The notes beneath the pieces are model-generated. The model searched no databases and was not told where the DNA came from. It was given only the letters and a program-made list of their open reading frames with translations. A stretch of DNA of 64,000 nt from Hemitrygon akajei (lineage: Eukaryota), in the NCBI RefSeq assembly GCF_048418815.1, contig NC_133154.1:260043-324042 (forward strand), in the 5' to 3' direction. Positions 48,515 to 60,516 of this stretch are shown piece after piece. Numbering within the stretch: position 1 is the stretch's first letter; each line of letters opens with the position of its first letter. Position numbers and translations under genes: made by a program.

Positions 48515-48565
<51 letters not shown>
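48515..48565. repeat. (GA)~25 microsatellite, complementary to the (CT)n 160 bp upstream (inverted pair)
   Basis: Pure ga dinucleotide run. Confidence 0.9.
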
Positions 48566-48566
<1 letters not shown>

Positions 48567-48799
48567 CAGAGGGAGAGAGAGAGAGTGTGCTTAAGAGGCT
48601 GTACCGGTGTTTGGCTCTGCAGCTGATTACCCGAGATTAAAATGCTGCCACTCAGCTGTTTATGCGAACAGAGCCAGGATATGGATCAGGGTGACATTGC
48701 TTCAAGGGTGACGTGGTTCCAAATCCCTGGGATTACTTCCCATGGTCTGCCCCCACCCCCCTCCCTCAGGGACTGGGAGCATCGGTTGACTTGTCCTAG

Positions 48800-49324
48800 A
48801 GGTGGCTGGAAAGAGGGGATGGGAAATCAGCTGTGTGTCTGTCTCGCTCTGTTTTGTTGTGTGTGTTTACGTGTGTACATGTCTGTGTTTATATGTATTG
48901 TATAACTGTTTGTCTCTGTATTTTGTCATATGTGTGTGTCTGTCTGTCTGTGTCTGTGTTTATGTGTGTACATGTGGGAGAGATGTCCTCCCTCTCTTCC
49001 CCCCTCTCTGTGTGCATGTGCATATCTGTGTTTGCCTCTGTGTTTTCTTGTGTGTCTGTGTTTCTGTGTGTACATGCCTGTGTTTATATGTATATCCCTA
49101 TATGTCTGTTTTGTTGTGTTTGTGTGTTTATATGTATGTCTGTGTGTGTTGTGTATGTGTCAGTGTTTATGTGTGCATTTGCCTGTTTTTCTGTTTTTGT
49201 TGTATCTGTATTGTTATGTGAATCTATATGTATGTTGTGCCTGCGTATCAGTGTTCATGTGTACATTTATATTGTATCTGTGTGTCAGTTTTGGTGTTTT
49301 TGTTGCGTCTGTGTGTCATTGATA

Positions 49325-49421
<97 letters not shown>

Positions 49422-49600
49422 TGAGTGTCTATGTTATGTTTATGTGTCTGTATATGTCTCATGTTTTGTGTCTGTCTGTCAGTATTTATGTGTGTGTATA
49501 TGTTGCTGTGTGTAAGTCTGGATATAAGTCTGTGTCATCTGTTTTTCTGTATCTGTGTTGGTGTTTCTGTGTGTGTATGTGTGTGACGAGGGTGACTATA
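48800..49600. repeat. Degenerate TG-rich region containing a pure (GT)~44 at 49327-49414
   Basis: Direct inspection. Explains the 314-aa Cys/Val-rich artefactual ORF 48833-49777. Confidence 0.7.
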
Positions 49601-49949
49601 GTCACAGCAATGAGTGGCTACATGTGTGAAAAAATAGGTACTTGTGAATTTCAGAATGTGTGTGCACAGCTGGTAAATATATATGAATATGCAAATATAT
49701 GTTCTGAGTGTGTAAAACCACATATATGTACACATTTTATACATGCAACTCAAGTCAAGTCGTTTATTGTCATTTAACTATATACTATATAGTATTTAGA
49801 ATACTATATACTATACTATATGTATATAGAAATGAGACAATGTTTCCCTGAACCAGGGTGTAAAGCGCAGTGGTACACATAACACACAAAACACTTAATA
49901 ACTTATGATGGTAAGGATAAAATCTACAGATGAATCACACGTAAATAAC

Positions 49950-50360
49950 AAACTAAAGTGCAATAATGTTAAATATTGTAAGGTACAGAACAGATTAACC
50001 TGTGACAGTTCTAATATGATGTGGCAGGGAGTTCAGAAGCCTGTTAGCCTGGGGGAAGAAACTGGTTCTCATCCTGATCATTCTTTATTTTTTGTCTCTT
50101 GCCTGATGGCAGAAAGTCAAAGAGGATGCTGGATGGGTGGGTGGGATCCTTAATAATACTAAGGGCTCTGTGTATGCATACTCCTGATAAATGTCCCCGA
50201 TGGGTGGTAACCTATGATCCTCTCAGCTGTTATCACAGTCCTTTGTAGGGACTTCTGGTCCGATTCTCTGATGATCCCATACCAGATGGAGATGCAACTT
50301 GTCAGGACGCTCTCAACGGTGCTCTTGTACACGTATAGTGGGGGGGGGGGGGGAGCCTCA
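49950..50360 (-). mobile_element. L2-type LINE 3' fragment ending at a poly-G/C run
   Basis: Reverse-complement translation …VESVLTSCISIWYG…QRTVITAERIIG…IIKDPTHP…LPSGKR… matches the L2 ORF2 C-terminal block. Confidence 0.5.
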
Positions 50361-50384
50361 CTGCCTCAAACTTAGAAACATAGA

Positions 50385-52900
50385 TAGAAACATAGAAAAC
50401 CTACAGCACAATATAGTCCCTTCAGCCCACAAAGCTGTGCCAAACATGTCCCTACTTTAGAACTACCTAAGATTACCCATAGGCTCTATTCTTCTAACCT
50501 CCATGTATCCATCCAGGAGTCTCTTAAAATACCCTATCGTTTCCACCGCCAGCAGCCCAATCCATGGACTCACCACTCTCTGCATGAAAAACTTACCCCT
50601 AACATCTCCTCTGTACCTACTCCCCAACACTTTAAACCTGTGTCCTCTTGTGCTAGCGATTTCAGCCCTGGAAAAAAGCCTCTGACTATCCACATGATCA
50701 ATGCCTCTCATCATCTTATTCACCTCTATCAGGTCACCTCTCATCCTCCTTCACTCCAAGGAGAAAAGGCCGAGTTCACTCAACCTATTCTCATAAGGCA
50801 TGCTTCCCAATCCAAGCAACATCCTGAAAAAAATCGACTCTGCACCCTTTCTATGGTTTCCACGTCCTTCCTGTAGTGAGGTGAGCAGAATTGAGCACAG
50901 TACTCCAAGTGGGGTCTGACCAGGATCCTATATAGCTGCAACATTACCTCTTGGCTCTTAAACTTAATCCCACAGTTGATGAAGACCAATGCACCATATG
51001 CCTCTTAACCACAGAGTCAACCTGAGTAGCAACTTTGAGTGTCCTATGGACTCGGACCCCAAGATCCTTCTGATCCTCCACACTGTCAAGAGCCTTGCCA
51101 TTAATGCTATATTCTGCTGTCATATCTGACCTACCAAAATGAACCACCTCACACTTATCTGGGTTGAACTCCATCTGCCACTTCTCAGGCCAGTTTTGCA
51201 TCCTATCAATGTCCCGTTGTAACCTCTGACAGCCGTCCCAACTAACACAATACCTCCAACCTTTGTGTCATCAGAAAATTTACTAACTCATCCCTCCACT
51301 TCTTCATCCAGGTCATTTATCAAAATCACGAAGAGTTGGAATCCCATAACAGACCCTGAGGCACACCACTGGTGACCGACCTCCTTGCAGAATATGACCC
51401 ATCTACAACCACTCTTTGCCTTCTGTGGGCAAGCCAGTTCTGGATCCACAAAGTAATGTCCCCTTGGATCATATGCCTCCTTACTTTCTCAATAAGTCTT
51501 GCATAGGGTACCTTGTCAAATGCCTTGCTGAAATCCATATACACTACATCTACTGCACTACTCTCATCAATGTGTTTAGTCACATCCTCAAAAAATTCGA
51601 TCATGCTCATAAGGCACAACCTGCCTTTGACAAAGCCATGCTGACTATTCCTAATCATATTATACCTCTCCAAATGTTCATAAATCCTGCCTCTCAGGAT
51701 CTTCTCCATCAACTTACCAACCAGTGAAGTAAGACTGACTGGTCTATAGTTTCCTGAGCTATCCCTACTCCCTTTCTTGAATAAGGGAACAACCGCAACC
51801 CTCCAATCCTTTGGAACCTCTCCATGCCTTATTGATGATGCAAAGATCATCGCCAGAGGCTCAGTAATCTCCTCTCTCGCTTCCCACAGTAGCCTGGGGT
51901 ACATCCCGTCCAGTCCCGGTGACTTATTCGACTTAATGCTTTTCCAAAGCTCCAGCACATCCTCTTCTTTAATATCTACTTGCTCAAGCTTTTCAGTCCA
52001 CTGCAAGTCATCCCAACAGTCGCCAAGATCCTTTTCTGTAGTGAATAATGAAGCAAAGTATTCATTAAGTACCTCTGCCATCTCCTCCAGTTCCATACAC
52101 ACTTTTCCACTGTCACACTTGATTGGTCTTGTTTTCTCACATCTTATCCTCTTGCCCTTCACATACTTATAGAATGCCTTGGGGTTTTCCTTAATTCTGT
52201 TTGCCAAGGCCTTCTCATGGCCGCTTCTGGCTCTCCTAATTTCATTCTTAAGCTCCTTCCTCCTAGCCTTATAATCTTCTAGATCTCTATCGTTACCTAG
52301 TTTTTTTGAACATTTTATAAGCTCTTCTTTTCTTCTTTACTAGATTTACAACAGCCTTTGTACACCACGGTTCCTGTACCCTACCATTCTTTCCCTGTCT
52401 CATTAGAACATATCTATGCAGAACCCCACAAAAATATCCCCGAACATTTGCCACATTTCTTCCATAAGTTTCCCTGAGAACATCTCTTTCCAATTTATGC
52501 TTCCAAGTTCCTGCCTGATAGCTTCATATTTCCCCTTTACTCCAATTAAACATTTCCCTAACTTGTCTATTTCTATCCCTCTCCAATGCTATGGTAAAGG
52601 AGATAGAATTGTGATCACTACCTCCAAAATGCTCTCCCACTGAGAGCCGACACCTGACCAGGTTAATTTCCCAATACCACTTCTTGGGAAGCGGAAACGC
52701 TGCTGTGTCTTCATGCTCAGGGAAGTGATATTTAGGGACCAGGTGAGATCATCTATGATGTGAACTCTCAGGAACTTGGTGCATTTAACTCTCTCTATGG
52801 AAGTCATGTATTCACAGAGGGGGATGGTTCACCTACACCTTCTTAAGTCCTGAACTCACAGCAGGTAGGTCATTGTAATGGCATATTAGTTTGTGTATAT
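50385..52900 (-). mobile_element. CR1-like LINE, ~2.5 kb (linker, RT, 3' end); pseudogene
   Basis: Minus ORF 51326-52207 (293 aa: …SPGLDGMYPRLLWEAREEITEPLAMIF…KDWRVAVVPLFKKGSRDSSGNYRPVSLTSLVGK…QHGFVKGRLCL…YMDFSKAFDKVPYARL…VPQG). ORFs 50944-51201 (KWQMEFNPDKCEVVHFGRS), 50780-50989 ([12 protein letters not shown]) and 50463-50744 (RGDLIEVNKMMRGID…). Terminus …catagatagaaacatagaaaacctacagcac at 50385. Confidence 0.75.
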
Positions 52901-52914
52901 CTGTGAGGTTAAGT

Positions 52915-53051
<137 letters not shown>

Positions 53052-53312
53052 ACCCTCCTAGTACATGAGTGAAGTGTGTGGAAATGTTTGATTGCATAGG
53101 GGTATATGTACTGTGTGCGTGTGTGTCAGAAAGAGTGAGAGAGAGAAAGACCATTGTGTCTGTTGTGACAGAGATACCTGCACATGTGTGTGAGAGAAAA
53201 TTGCACTATGTGCATGCATATGTGAGATACCAACACTGTGTTGGTGAGGTCACACTTGGACTATTGCTAAAAGAAAGATACCATGAAAAAATATAGAAAC
53301 ATAGAAAACCTA

Positions 53313-54348
53313 CTTGACAGATAGACCTCAGTATGTGCGGTTGGGAGACTGTAGGTCTGACACGGTGGTCAGCAGCACAGGAGCGCCGCAGGGAACCGTA
53401 CTCTCTCCGGTCCTGTTCACCCTGTACACATCAGACTTCCAATATAACTCGGAGTCCTGCCATGTGCAGAAGTTCGCTGATGACACGGCCATAGTGGGGT
53501 GTGTTAGGAATGGACAGGAGGAGGAGTATAGGAAACTGATACAGGACTTTGTGATATGGTGCAACTCAAACTACCTGCGTCTCAATATCACCAAGACCAA
53601 GGAGATGGTGGTGGACTTTAGGAGATCTAGGCCTCATATGGAGCCAGTGATCATTAATGGAGAATGTGTGGAGCAGGTTAAGACCTACAAGTATCTGGGA
53701 GTACAGTTAGACGAGAAACTAGACTGGACTGCCAACACAGATGCCTTGTGCAGGAAGGCACAGAGTCGACTGTACTTCCTTAGAAGGTTGGCGTCATTCA
53801 ATGTCTGTAGTGAGATGCTGAAGATGTTCTATAGGTCAGTTGTGGAGAGCGCCCTCTTCTTTGTGGTTGCGTGTTGGGGAGGAAGCATTAAGAAGAGGGA
53901 CGCCTCATGTCTTAATAAGCTGGTAAGGAAGGCGGGCTCTGTCGTGGGCAAGGCACTGGAGAGTTTAACATTGGTAGCTGAGCGAAGGGCGCTGAGTAGG
54001 CTACGGTCAATTATGGATAACTCTGAACATCCTCTACATAGCACCATCCAGAGACAGAGAAGCAGTTTCAGTGACAGGTTACTATCGATGCAATGCTCCT
54101 CAGACAGGATGAAGAGGTCAATACTCCCCAATGCCATTAGGCTTTACAATTCTACCGCCAGGACTTAAGAACTTTTTAAAAGCTATTATTAATGCTTTTT
54201 GAGATAGTGATTTAGATGCATATCATATTTTTTTTACTGAGTTAAGTATTGTATGTAATTAGTTTTGCTACAACAAGTGTATGGGACATTGGAAAAAAGT
54301 TGAATTTCCCCATGGGGATGAATAAAGTATCTATTTATCTATCTATCT
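53313..54348 (+). mobile_element. L2-type LINE 3' half: intact 284-aa RT C-terminal ORF (53314-54168), 3'UTR and (ATCT)n tail; inserted exactly into the 3' terminus of a minus-oriented CR1
   Basis: ORF: …GAPQGTVLSPVLFTLYTSDF…QKFADDTAIVG…RLYFLRRLASFNVCSEMLKMFYRSVVESALFF…ILPNAIRLYN. Tail gaatttccccatggggatgaataaagtatctatttatctatctatctac. Flanks are aaacatagaaaacctac | L2 | agcacaatacagg, both parts of the CR1 terminus. Confidence 0.75.
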
Positions 54349-54870
54349 ACAGCACAATACAGGTTCTTTAGCCCAGAAAGCTGTACCGAACATGTTCTTA
54401 CCTTAGAAATTACATAGGGTTACCCATAGCCCTCTATTTTTCTGAGCTCCATGTACCTATCCAGGAGTCTCTAAAAGACCCTATTGTATCTGCCTCCACC
54501 ACCGTCACCAGCAGCCCATTCCATGCACTTACCACTCTCTGTGTAAAAAACTTACCCCTGACATCTCCTCTGTACCTACTTCCAAGCACCTTAAAACTGT
54601 GCCCTTTCATGTTAGCCATCTCAGCCCTTGGAAAAATCCTCTGACTATCCACACGATCAATGCCTCTCATCATCTTATACACCTCTATCAGGTCACCTCT
54701 CATCCTCCTTCGCTCCAAGGAGAAAAGGCCGAGTTCACTCAACCTGTTCTCATAAGGCATGCTCTCCAATCCAGGCAACATCCTTGTAAATCTCCTCTGC
54801 ACTCTTTTTATAATTTCCACATCTCCTTTCCACACTACCTCACTATTCCCTTTTTTCTGCATTATTCAAT
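54349..54870 (-). mobile_element. CR1-like LINE 3' fragment (host of the L2 insertion)
   Basis: Minus ORF 54434-54862 (…IIKRVQRRFTRMLPGLESMPYENRLSELGLFSLERRRMRGDLIEVYKMMRGIDRV…FFTQRVVSAWNGL…). Confidence 0.65.
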
Positions 54871-55059
54871 AATTTTTGCAATTTATAGTAACTTTATATC
54901 GGAATTTTCTCCTTGGATATGTTTCTATCTTTGCGCTGTACTGCTGCCACTGAATAACAGATTTCACACCACAGAAGTCATTGATAATAATCTGATCCCC
55001 ATGTTTAAAATGGGCTGGGACACATACAGAAAAATATAGAATGGTAATGAGGCAGAAAT

Positions 55060-56400
55060 ATTTGATGGCTCTGGGCCTGTATTTGCTGGAGTTTAGAAGA
55101 ATGGGGTTGGGGTGGATCTTATTGAAGTCTATCTAATATTGAAAGGCCTAGATTAGAGTGAAGGTATAGAGAATGTTTTTATCAGTGGGGGAGTCCAGGA
55201 CCAGATGACATAGCCTCAAATAGTAAAACATCCCTTTAGAACAGAGATGAGGAGGAATTTCTTTAGCCAGATAATGGTGAATCTGTGGAATTTATTACCA
55301 CAGACTGCTGTAGAGGCCAAGTGATTGATCATATTTAAAACAGAGGTAGGTAAGTTCTTGATTAGTAAGGGTGTCAAAGGTTATTGGGAGAAGGCAGGAG
55401 AATGGTGTTGAGAAGGATAATAGATGATTCTTGGTTGAATGGCGGCTGACTCAGTGGGTCAAATGACCTCATTCTACTCCTCTGTCTTATGGTCTGAAGC
55501 AGGGGTTCCCAATCTGGGGTCCACAGACTCCTTGTTTAAGGATATCGTTCCATGGCATAAAAAATGTTCGGGAACCCCTGGACTAAAGAATAGCAATGAA
55601 CAGAAAGACACTGGGATCCAAGTCCACAGCTCCCTGAAAGTGGGAACACAGGATAATTGGGTGGTAAAGAAGCCGTATGGCATAGTTGCCATACGGCAGA
55701 CTGGAAGGCATAGGTGGTGGTGTGGTTCTGTTGGTAAGAAATGGAATTACGTCTTTAGAGAGAGGTGACATAGGGTGAAAGAATGTTGAATATTTGTGGG
55801 TGGAGTTAACAAACTGCAAGGGTAAAAAAACTATTATGGGAATCATATATATAGACCTCCAAACATTAGCCAAAATGTGGGGTTGAGATTGCAAAGAAAA
55901 GGCATGTAATAAGGGTAATGTCACAATTATAATGGGAGGACTTCAATATGCAAGGGGATTGGGAAAATCAGGTAGGTGTCAGATTGCAACAGAGGGAATT
56001 TGTTGAATCCCTATGAGATGGCTTTTTAGAGCAACTTGTGCTTGAGACTACTGGGAGAAAGGCTATCTTAGATAGGGTGTTGTGTTATAATCCAGATCCT
56101 ATTAACATATACAAAATGTTGGAGGAACTCAGCAGGCCAGGCAGCATCTATGAAAAAAAGTACAGACAATGTTTCAAGCCGATCTTATTAGGGAGCTTAA
56201 AGGAACCCTTAGGAGACAGTGATCATAATATGATTGAATTCATACTGCAGTTTGAAAGGGAGAAGCTCACATGTATCTGTATCGCAATGGAATAACAGGA
56301 ATTACATAGGCAAGAGAGAAGAGCTTGCCAAGGTGGATTGGAGGAGGATACAGGCAGAGATGACGGCAGAGCAGAGATGGCGAAGTTTCTTGGAATAGTT
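55060..56400 (+). mobile_element. CR1-like LINE fragments: 3' tail piece (55060-55500) and endonuclease-domain piece (55500-56400) carrying an 88-bp PLE-terminus-derived insert
   Basis: Tail: …GLYLLEFRRMG…FFSQIMVNLWNLLPQTAVEAK. Endonuclease: …YRPPN…GDFN-region…LEQLVLETTGRKAILDRVLCYNPDP[insert]GSLKEPLGDSDHNMIEF. Confidence 0.55.
56098..56185. mobile_element. 88-bp PLE-terminus-derived mini-element (half-hairpin) inserted in a CR1 endonuclease domain
   Basis: acatatacaaaatgttggaggaactcagcaggccaggcagcatctatgaaaaaaagtacagacaatgtttcaagccgatcttattagg matches the PLE terminal sequence at 31785-31890 and interrupts the reading frame of the host LINE. Confidence 0.55.
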
Positions 56401-59094
56401 CACAGGGCCTGGGGTACATCCGTCCGGTCAGGGTGATTTATCCAACTTGATGCTTTACATAAGCTCCAGCACATCCTCTTCTTTAATATCTACATGCTCA
56501 AGCTTTTCAGTCTGCTGCAAGTCATCACTACAATCACTAAGATCCTTAAGTATTTATTAAGTACCTCTGCTATTTCCTCCGGTTCCATACACACTTTCCC
56601 ATTGTCACACTTGATAGGTTCTATTCTTTCATGTCTTATCCTCTTGCTCTTCACATACTTGTAGAATGCCTTGAGGTTTTCCTTAATTCTGCCCGCCAAG
56701 GCCTTCTCATGGTCCCTTCTGGCTCTCCTAATTTATTTCTTAAGCTCCTTCCTAGTAGCCTTATAATCTTCTAGATCTCTAACATTACCTAGTTCTCTGA
56801 ACCTTTTGTAAGCTTTTCTTCTCTTCTTGACTAGATTTATTACAGCCTTTGTACACCACGGTTCCTGTACCCTACCATAACTTCCCTGTTTCATTGGAAC
56901 GTACCTATACAGAACTCTACACAAATATCCTCTGACTATTTGCCATATTTCTTCTGTACTTTTCCCTGAGAACATCTGTTTCCAATTTAAGCCTCTAATT
57001 TCCTGCCTGATAGCCTCAGAATTCCCCTTACTCCAATCAAATGCTCTTCTAACTTGTCTGTTCCAATTTCTCTCCAATGCTATTGTAAAGGAGATAGAAT
57101 TATGATCACTATGTACAAAATGCTCTCCCACTGAGAGATCTGGCACCTGACCAGGTTCATTTCCCAATACCAAATGAAGTACAGTCTCTCTTCTTGTAGG
57201 CTTATCTACATACCGTACTGTGTCAAGAAACCTTCCTGAACACACCTAACAAACTCCACCCCATCTAAACCCCTCGCTCTAGGAAGATGCCAATTGATAT
57301 TTGGGAAATTAAAATCTCCCATCACGACAACTCTTATTATTACATCTTTCCAGGATCTGTTTCCCTATCTGCTCCTTGATATCCCTGTTACTATTGGGTG
57401 GCCTATAAAAAACACCCAGTAATGTTATTGACGCCTTTCTGTTCCTAATCTCCACCCACAGAGACTCCGTAGACAATCCCTCCATGGCGTCCACCTTTTC
57501 TGCAGCCGTGACACTATCTCTGATCAACAGTGCCACGCCCTCACCTCTTTTGCCTCCCTTCCTGTCCTTTCTGAAACATCTAAAACCCAGCACTTGAAGT
57601 AACCAATCCTGTCCCTGAGCCATCCAAGTCTCTGTAATGGCCACCACATCATAGCTCCAAGTACTGATCCACGCTCTAAGTTCATCCACTTTGTTCACAA
57701 CACTACTTGCATTAAGATAGACACATCTCAAGCCTTCGGTCTGAGTGCATCCCTTCTCTATCACCTGCCTATCCTCCCTCTCACACTGTCTACAAGCTTT
57801 CTTTATTTGTGAGCTAACCTCCTCTTCCCCAGTCTCTTCAGTTCAGTTCCCACACCCCCCCCCAACAATTCTAGTTTAAACTCTCCCCAGTAGCCTTAGC
57901 AAACCTCACCGCCAGGATATTGGTTCCCCTGGGATTCAAGTGCAACCAATCCTTTTTGTACAGGTCACTCCTGACCCAAAATAGGTCCCAATGATCCAGA
58001 AATATGAAATCCCTGCCCTCTGCTCCAAACCCTCTGCCATGCATTTATCCTCCACCTCATTCTGTTCCTATTCTCACTGTCGCGTGCACAGGCAGTAATC
58101 CCGATATTACTACATTTGCGGTCCTGCTACTCAACTTCCTTCCTAACTCCCTGTAGTCTTTTTTCAGGAAGTCTTCCCTTTTCCTGTCATTGGTACCAAT
58201 ATGTACTACGTCCTCTGGCTGTTCTCCCTCCCACTGCAGGATATCTTGGACGCAATCTGAAACATCCTGGACCCTGGCACCTGGGAGGCAAACTACTGCG
58301 TCCACAGAATTGCCTGTCTGATCCCCTAACTATAGATTCCTTTATCACTACAGCCTTTCTCTTCCCTTCCCTACCCCTCTGAGCCACAGGGCCAGACCCT
58401 GTGCCAGAGGCACAGCCACTGCCGCTTCCCCCAGGTAGGCTGTCACCCCCCAACAGTACTCAAAAAGTACTTATTGTCAAGGGGTACAGCCACAGGGGTA
58501 CTTTCTAGTACCTGACTCTTCCCCTTCCCTCTCCTGACTGTGACCCACTTGTCTGTCTCCCATGGCCCCAGTGTGACCACCTGTCTATAACTCCTCTCTG
58601 TCACCTCCTTGCTCTCCCTGACTAGGTGAAGGTCATCGAGCTGCATCTCCAGGCCCCCCACATCTGACACCGAACAAAGAAAACTGGCCTCACATGCATA
58701 CTTCCTACCTCACCTCGTCCCGTTACTGCCTGAGCCTGTTGAGCCAAAGCCCTACCACTCTGCTGCCTCTCACTCTGCTGCCCGCTGGATACGGCGGTCT
58801 TCTTTTTAAACCTTTCATGCTCTACTGGCTGACGTCACATGCCTGCGCAGTCTCGCCTCTCTTTAAACTGAGTAGTAAAATAAAAACTCACTTTGCTCTG
58901 AAAAATCAGCCGTTCACTCGCAGCCTTCTTGCTCCGAATTAAAAACCATTGAAGATTACTTGCCTTTTAAAACTTACGTGCTCTACTAGCTGATGTCATG
59001 CGCCTGCGCAGTCTCATCTCTCTTTAACCCGAGTACTAAAAAAACTCCCTTTGCTCTGAAAAATCAACAGTTCATTCACAGCCTTCTTGCTCCG
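56400..59094 (-). mobile_element. CR1-clade LINE 5' part with preserved 5' end: 5'UTR tandem monomers, ORF1 (coiled-coil-like N-terminus plus SGNH esterase), ORF2 endonuclease and linker; 3' truncated at ~56400
   Basis: Minus ORFs 58443-58670 (ORF1 start MSDVGGLEMQLDDLHLVRESKE…), 58187-58453 and 58057-58305 (…VVCLPGARVQDVSDCVQDILQWEGEQPEDVVHIGTNDRKREDFLKKDYRELGRKLSSRTANVVISGLLPV), 57309-57764 (endonuclease: VYLNASSVVNKVDELRAWISTWSYDVVAITETWMAQG…YRPPNSNRD), 56733-57245 and 56490-56699 (linker). Confidence 0.75.
58780..59094 (-). promoter_or_regulatory. LINE 5'UTR: two tandem ~160-bp monomers, each with a CRE-like palindrome (TGACGTCA at 58830-58837; TGATGTCA at 58991-58998) and a GCGCCTGCGCA / GCCTGCGCA (NRF1-like) motif
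   Basis: Self-similarity of 58780-58940 and 58940-59100 (…ctctact.gctga.gtca..gcctgcgcagtctc…tttgctctgaaaaatca…cagccttcttgctccgaatt). Position directly upstream of the ORF1 ATG. Confidence 0.45.
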
Positions 59095-59103
59095 AATTAT
59101 TGA

Positions 59104-59179
59104 ATGGTAGAGCAGATCGATGGGCTAGATGACCTTCTCCTGCTCCTAATTCTTAATTTCCCCATGGGGATGAATAAAG

Positions 59180-59230
<51 letters not shown>

Positions 59231-59232
59231 GT
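59104..59232 (+). mobile_element. Composite tail fragment: CR1 3' piece fused to an L2-type 3'UTR end with (ATCT)~12
   Basis: …tggtagagcagatcgatgggctagatgaccttctcctgctcc (CR1 tail-like), then aatttccccatggggatgaataaagtatc(tatc)n, identical to the L2 end at 54295-54348. Confidence 0.5.
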
Positions 59233-59684
59233 TCTTATCTGTTTTCACTGTGGAAGACACTAGCGGTGTGCCAGAGGTCTGTGAGTGTCAGGGAGCAGGG
59301 GTGAGTGCCATTGCTATTACAAAGGAAAAAGTGCTAGGCAAACCGAAAGGTCTTATGGTGGATAAGTCACCTGGACCAGAAGGACTACATCCTAGAGTCC
59401 TGAAAAAAGTTGAAGAGATAATGGCTGCATTGGTCATGATCTTTCAAGAATCATTTTATTCTGATATGGTCCTGGAGGACTGGAAAATTACAAATGTCCC
59501 TCCACTCTTTAAAAAGAAAAGAAGGTAAAAGAAAGGAAACTATAAGCCAGTTAGCCTAACCTCAGCGGTTAGAAAAGTGTTGAAGTATATTATTAAGGAT
59601 GAGGTTTTGGGGTACTTGGAGATTAATAATAAAATAAGTCAAAGTCAGCATGGTTTTTGTAAAAAGAAATCTTGCCTGATAAAC

Positions 59685-59820
59685 TCAGCAGATCGGGCAG
59701 CATCTGTGGAAACGAACGCGGATGACTGTTCGTTTCCACAGATGCTGCCTGACCTGCTGAGTTCCTCCAGCTTGTTGTATGTGTTGCTTTGACCCCAGCA
59801 TCTTCAGCGTACTTTGTGTT
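59685..59820. mobile_element. PLE-terminus-derived hairpin element (short perfect stem gcagcatctgtggaaacgaacg / cgttcgtttccacagatgctgc) inserted in the CR1 RT domain
   Basis: gcagatcgggcagcatctgtggaaacgaacgcggatgactgttcgtttccacagatgctgcctgacctgctgagttcctccagcttgttgtatgtgttgc, followed by the PLE tail-like tttgaccccagcatcttcagcg. Confidence 0.55.
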
Positions 59821-60516
59821 GCCTGATAAATCTGTTGGGGGTTCTTCGAGGAAGTAACAAGCAGGGTGGACAAAGGAGAGACAGTGAATGTCACTTACTT
59901 GGACTTCCAGAAGGCATTTGATAAGGTGCTACACATGAGGTAGCTTAAGAAGATAAAATCCTATAGTGTTACAGGAAAAATACTGGCATGGATGGAGGAA
60001 TGGCTGACAAGCAGGAGGTAGCAAGTGGGAATAAAAGAGGCCTTTTATGGTTGGCTGCTCCTGTCTACTGGTGTTACTCAGGGGTCAGTATAGGAACTGC
60101 TACTTTTCACATTGTTTGTCAATTATTTAGATAGTGGAATTGATGGCTTTGTGGCAAAGCTTGATGATGATACAAAGATAGCTTGAGTGGTAGATAGTGC
60201 AGAGAAAGCAATGCAATTGCAGCAGGACTTAGACAAATTGGAAGAATGGGCAAAAAAGTGGCAGATAGAATATAGTGTTGGGAAATGTATGATAATACAT
60301 TCTGGTAAAAGTAATCATAGTGTGAATTATTATTTAAATGGGGAAAAGGTCAAACATCAGAGGTTCAGAGGGACTTAGGAGTCCTCGTGTAAAACACCCT
60401 GAAGGTTAATTTACAGGTTGAGTCTGTGGTAAAGAAGGCAAATGCAATGTTGGCACTTATTTCAAGGGGAATAGAATACAAAAGCAAGGAGATAATGCTG
60501 AGCAACACACACAAAT

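Noticed and set aside
48833-49777. 314-aa plus-strand ORF rich in Cys/Val (also 48802-49221, 48930-49322)
   Set aside because: Product of degenerate (TG)n sequence (TGT/GTG/GTC codons), not a protein.
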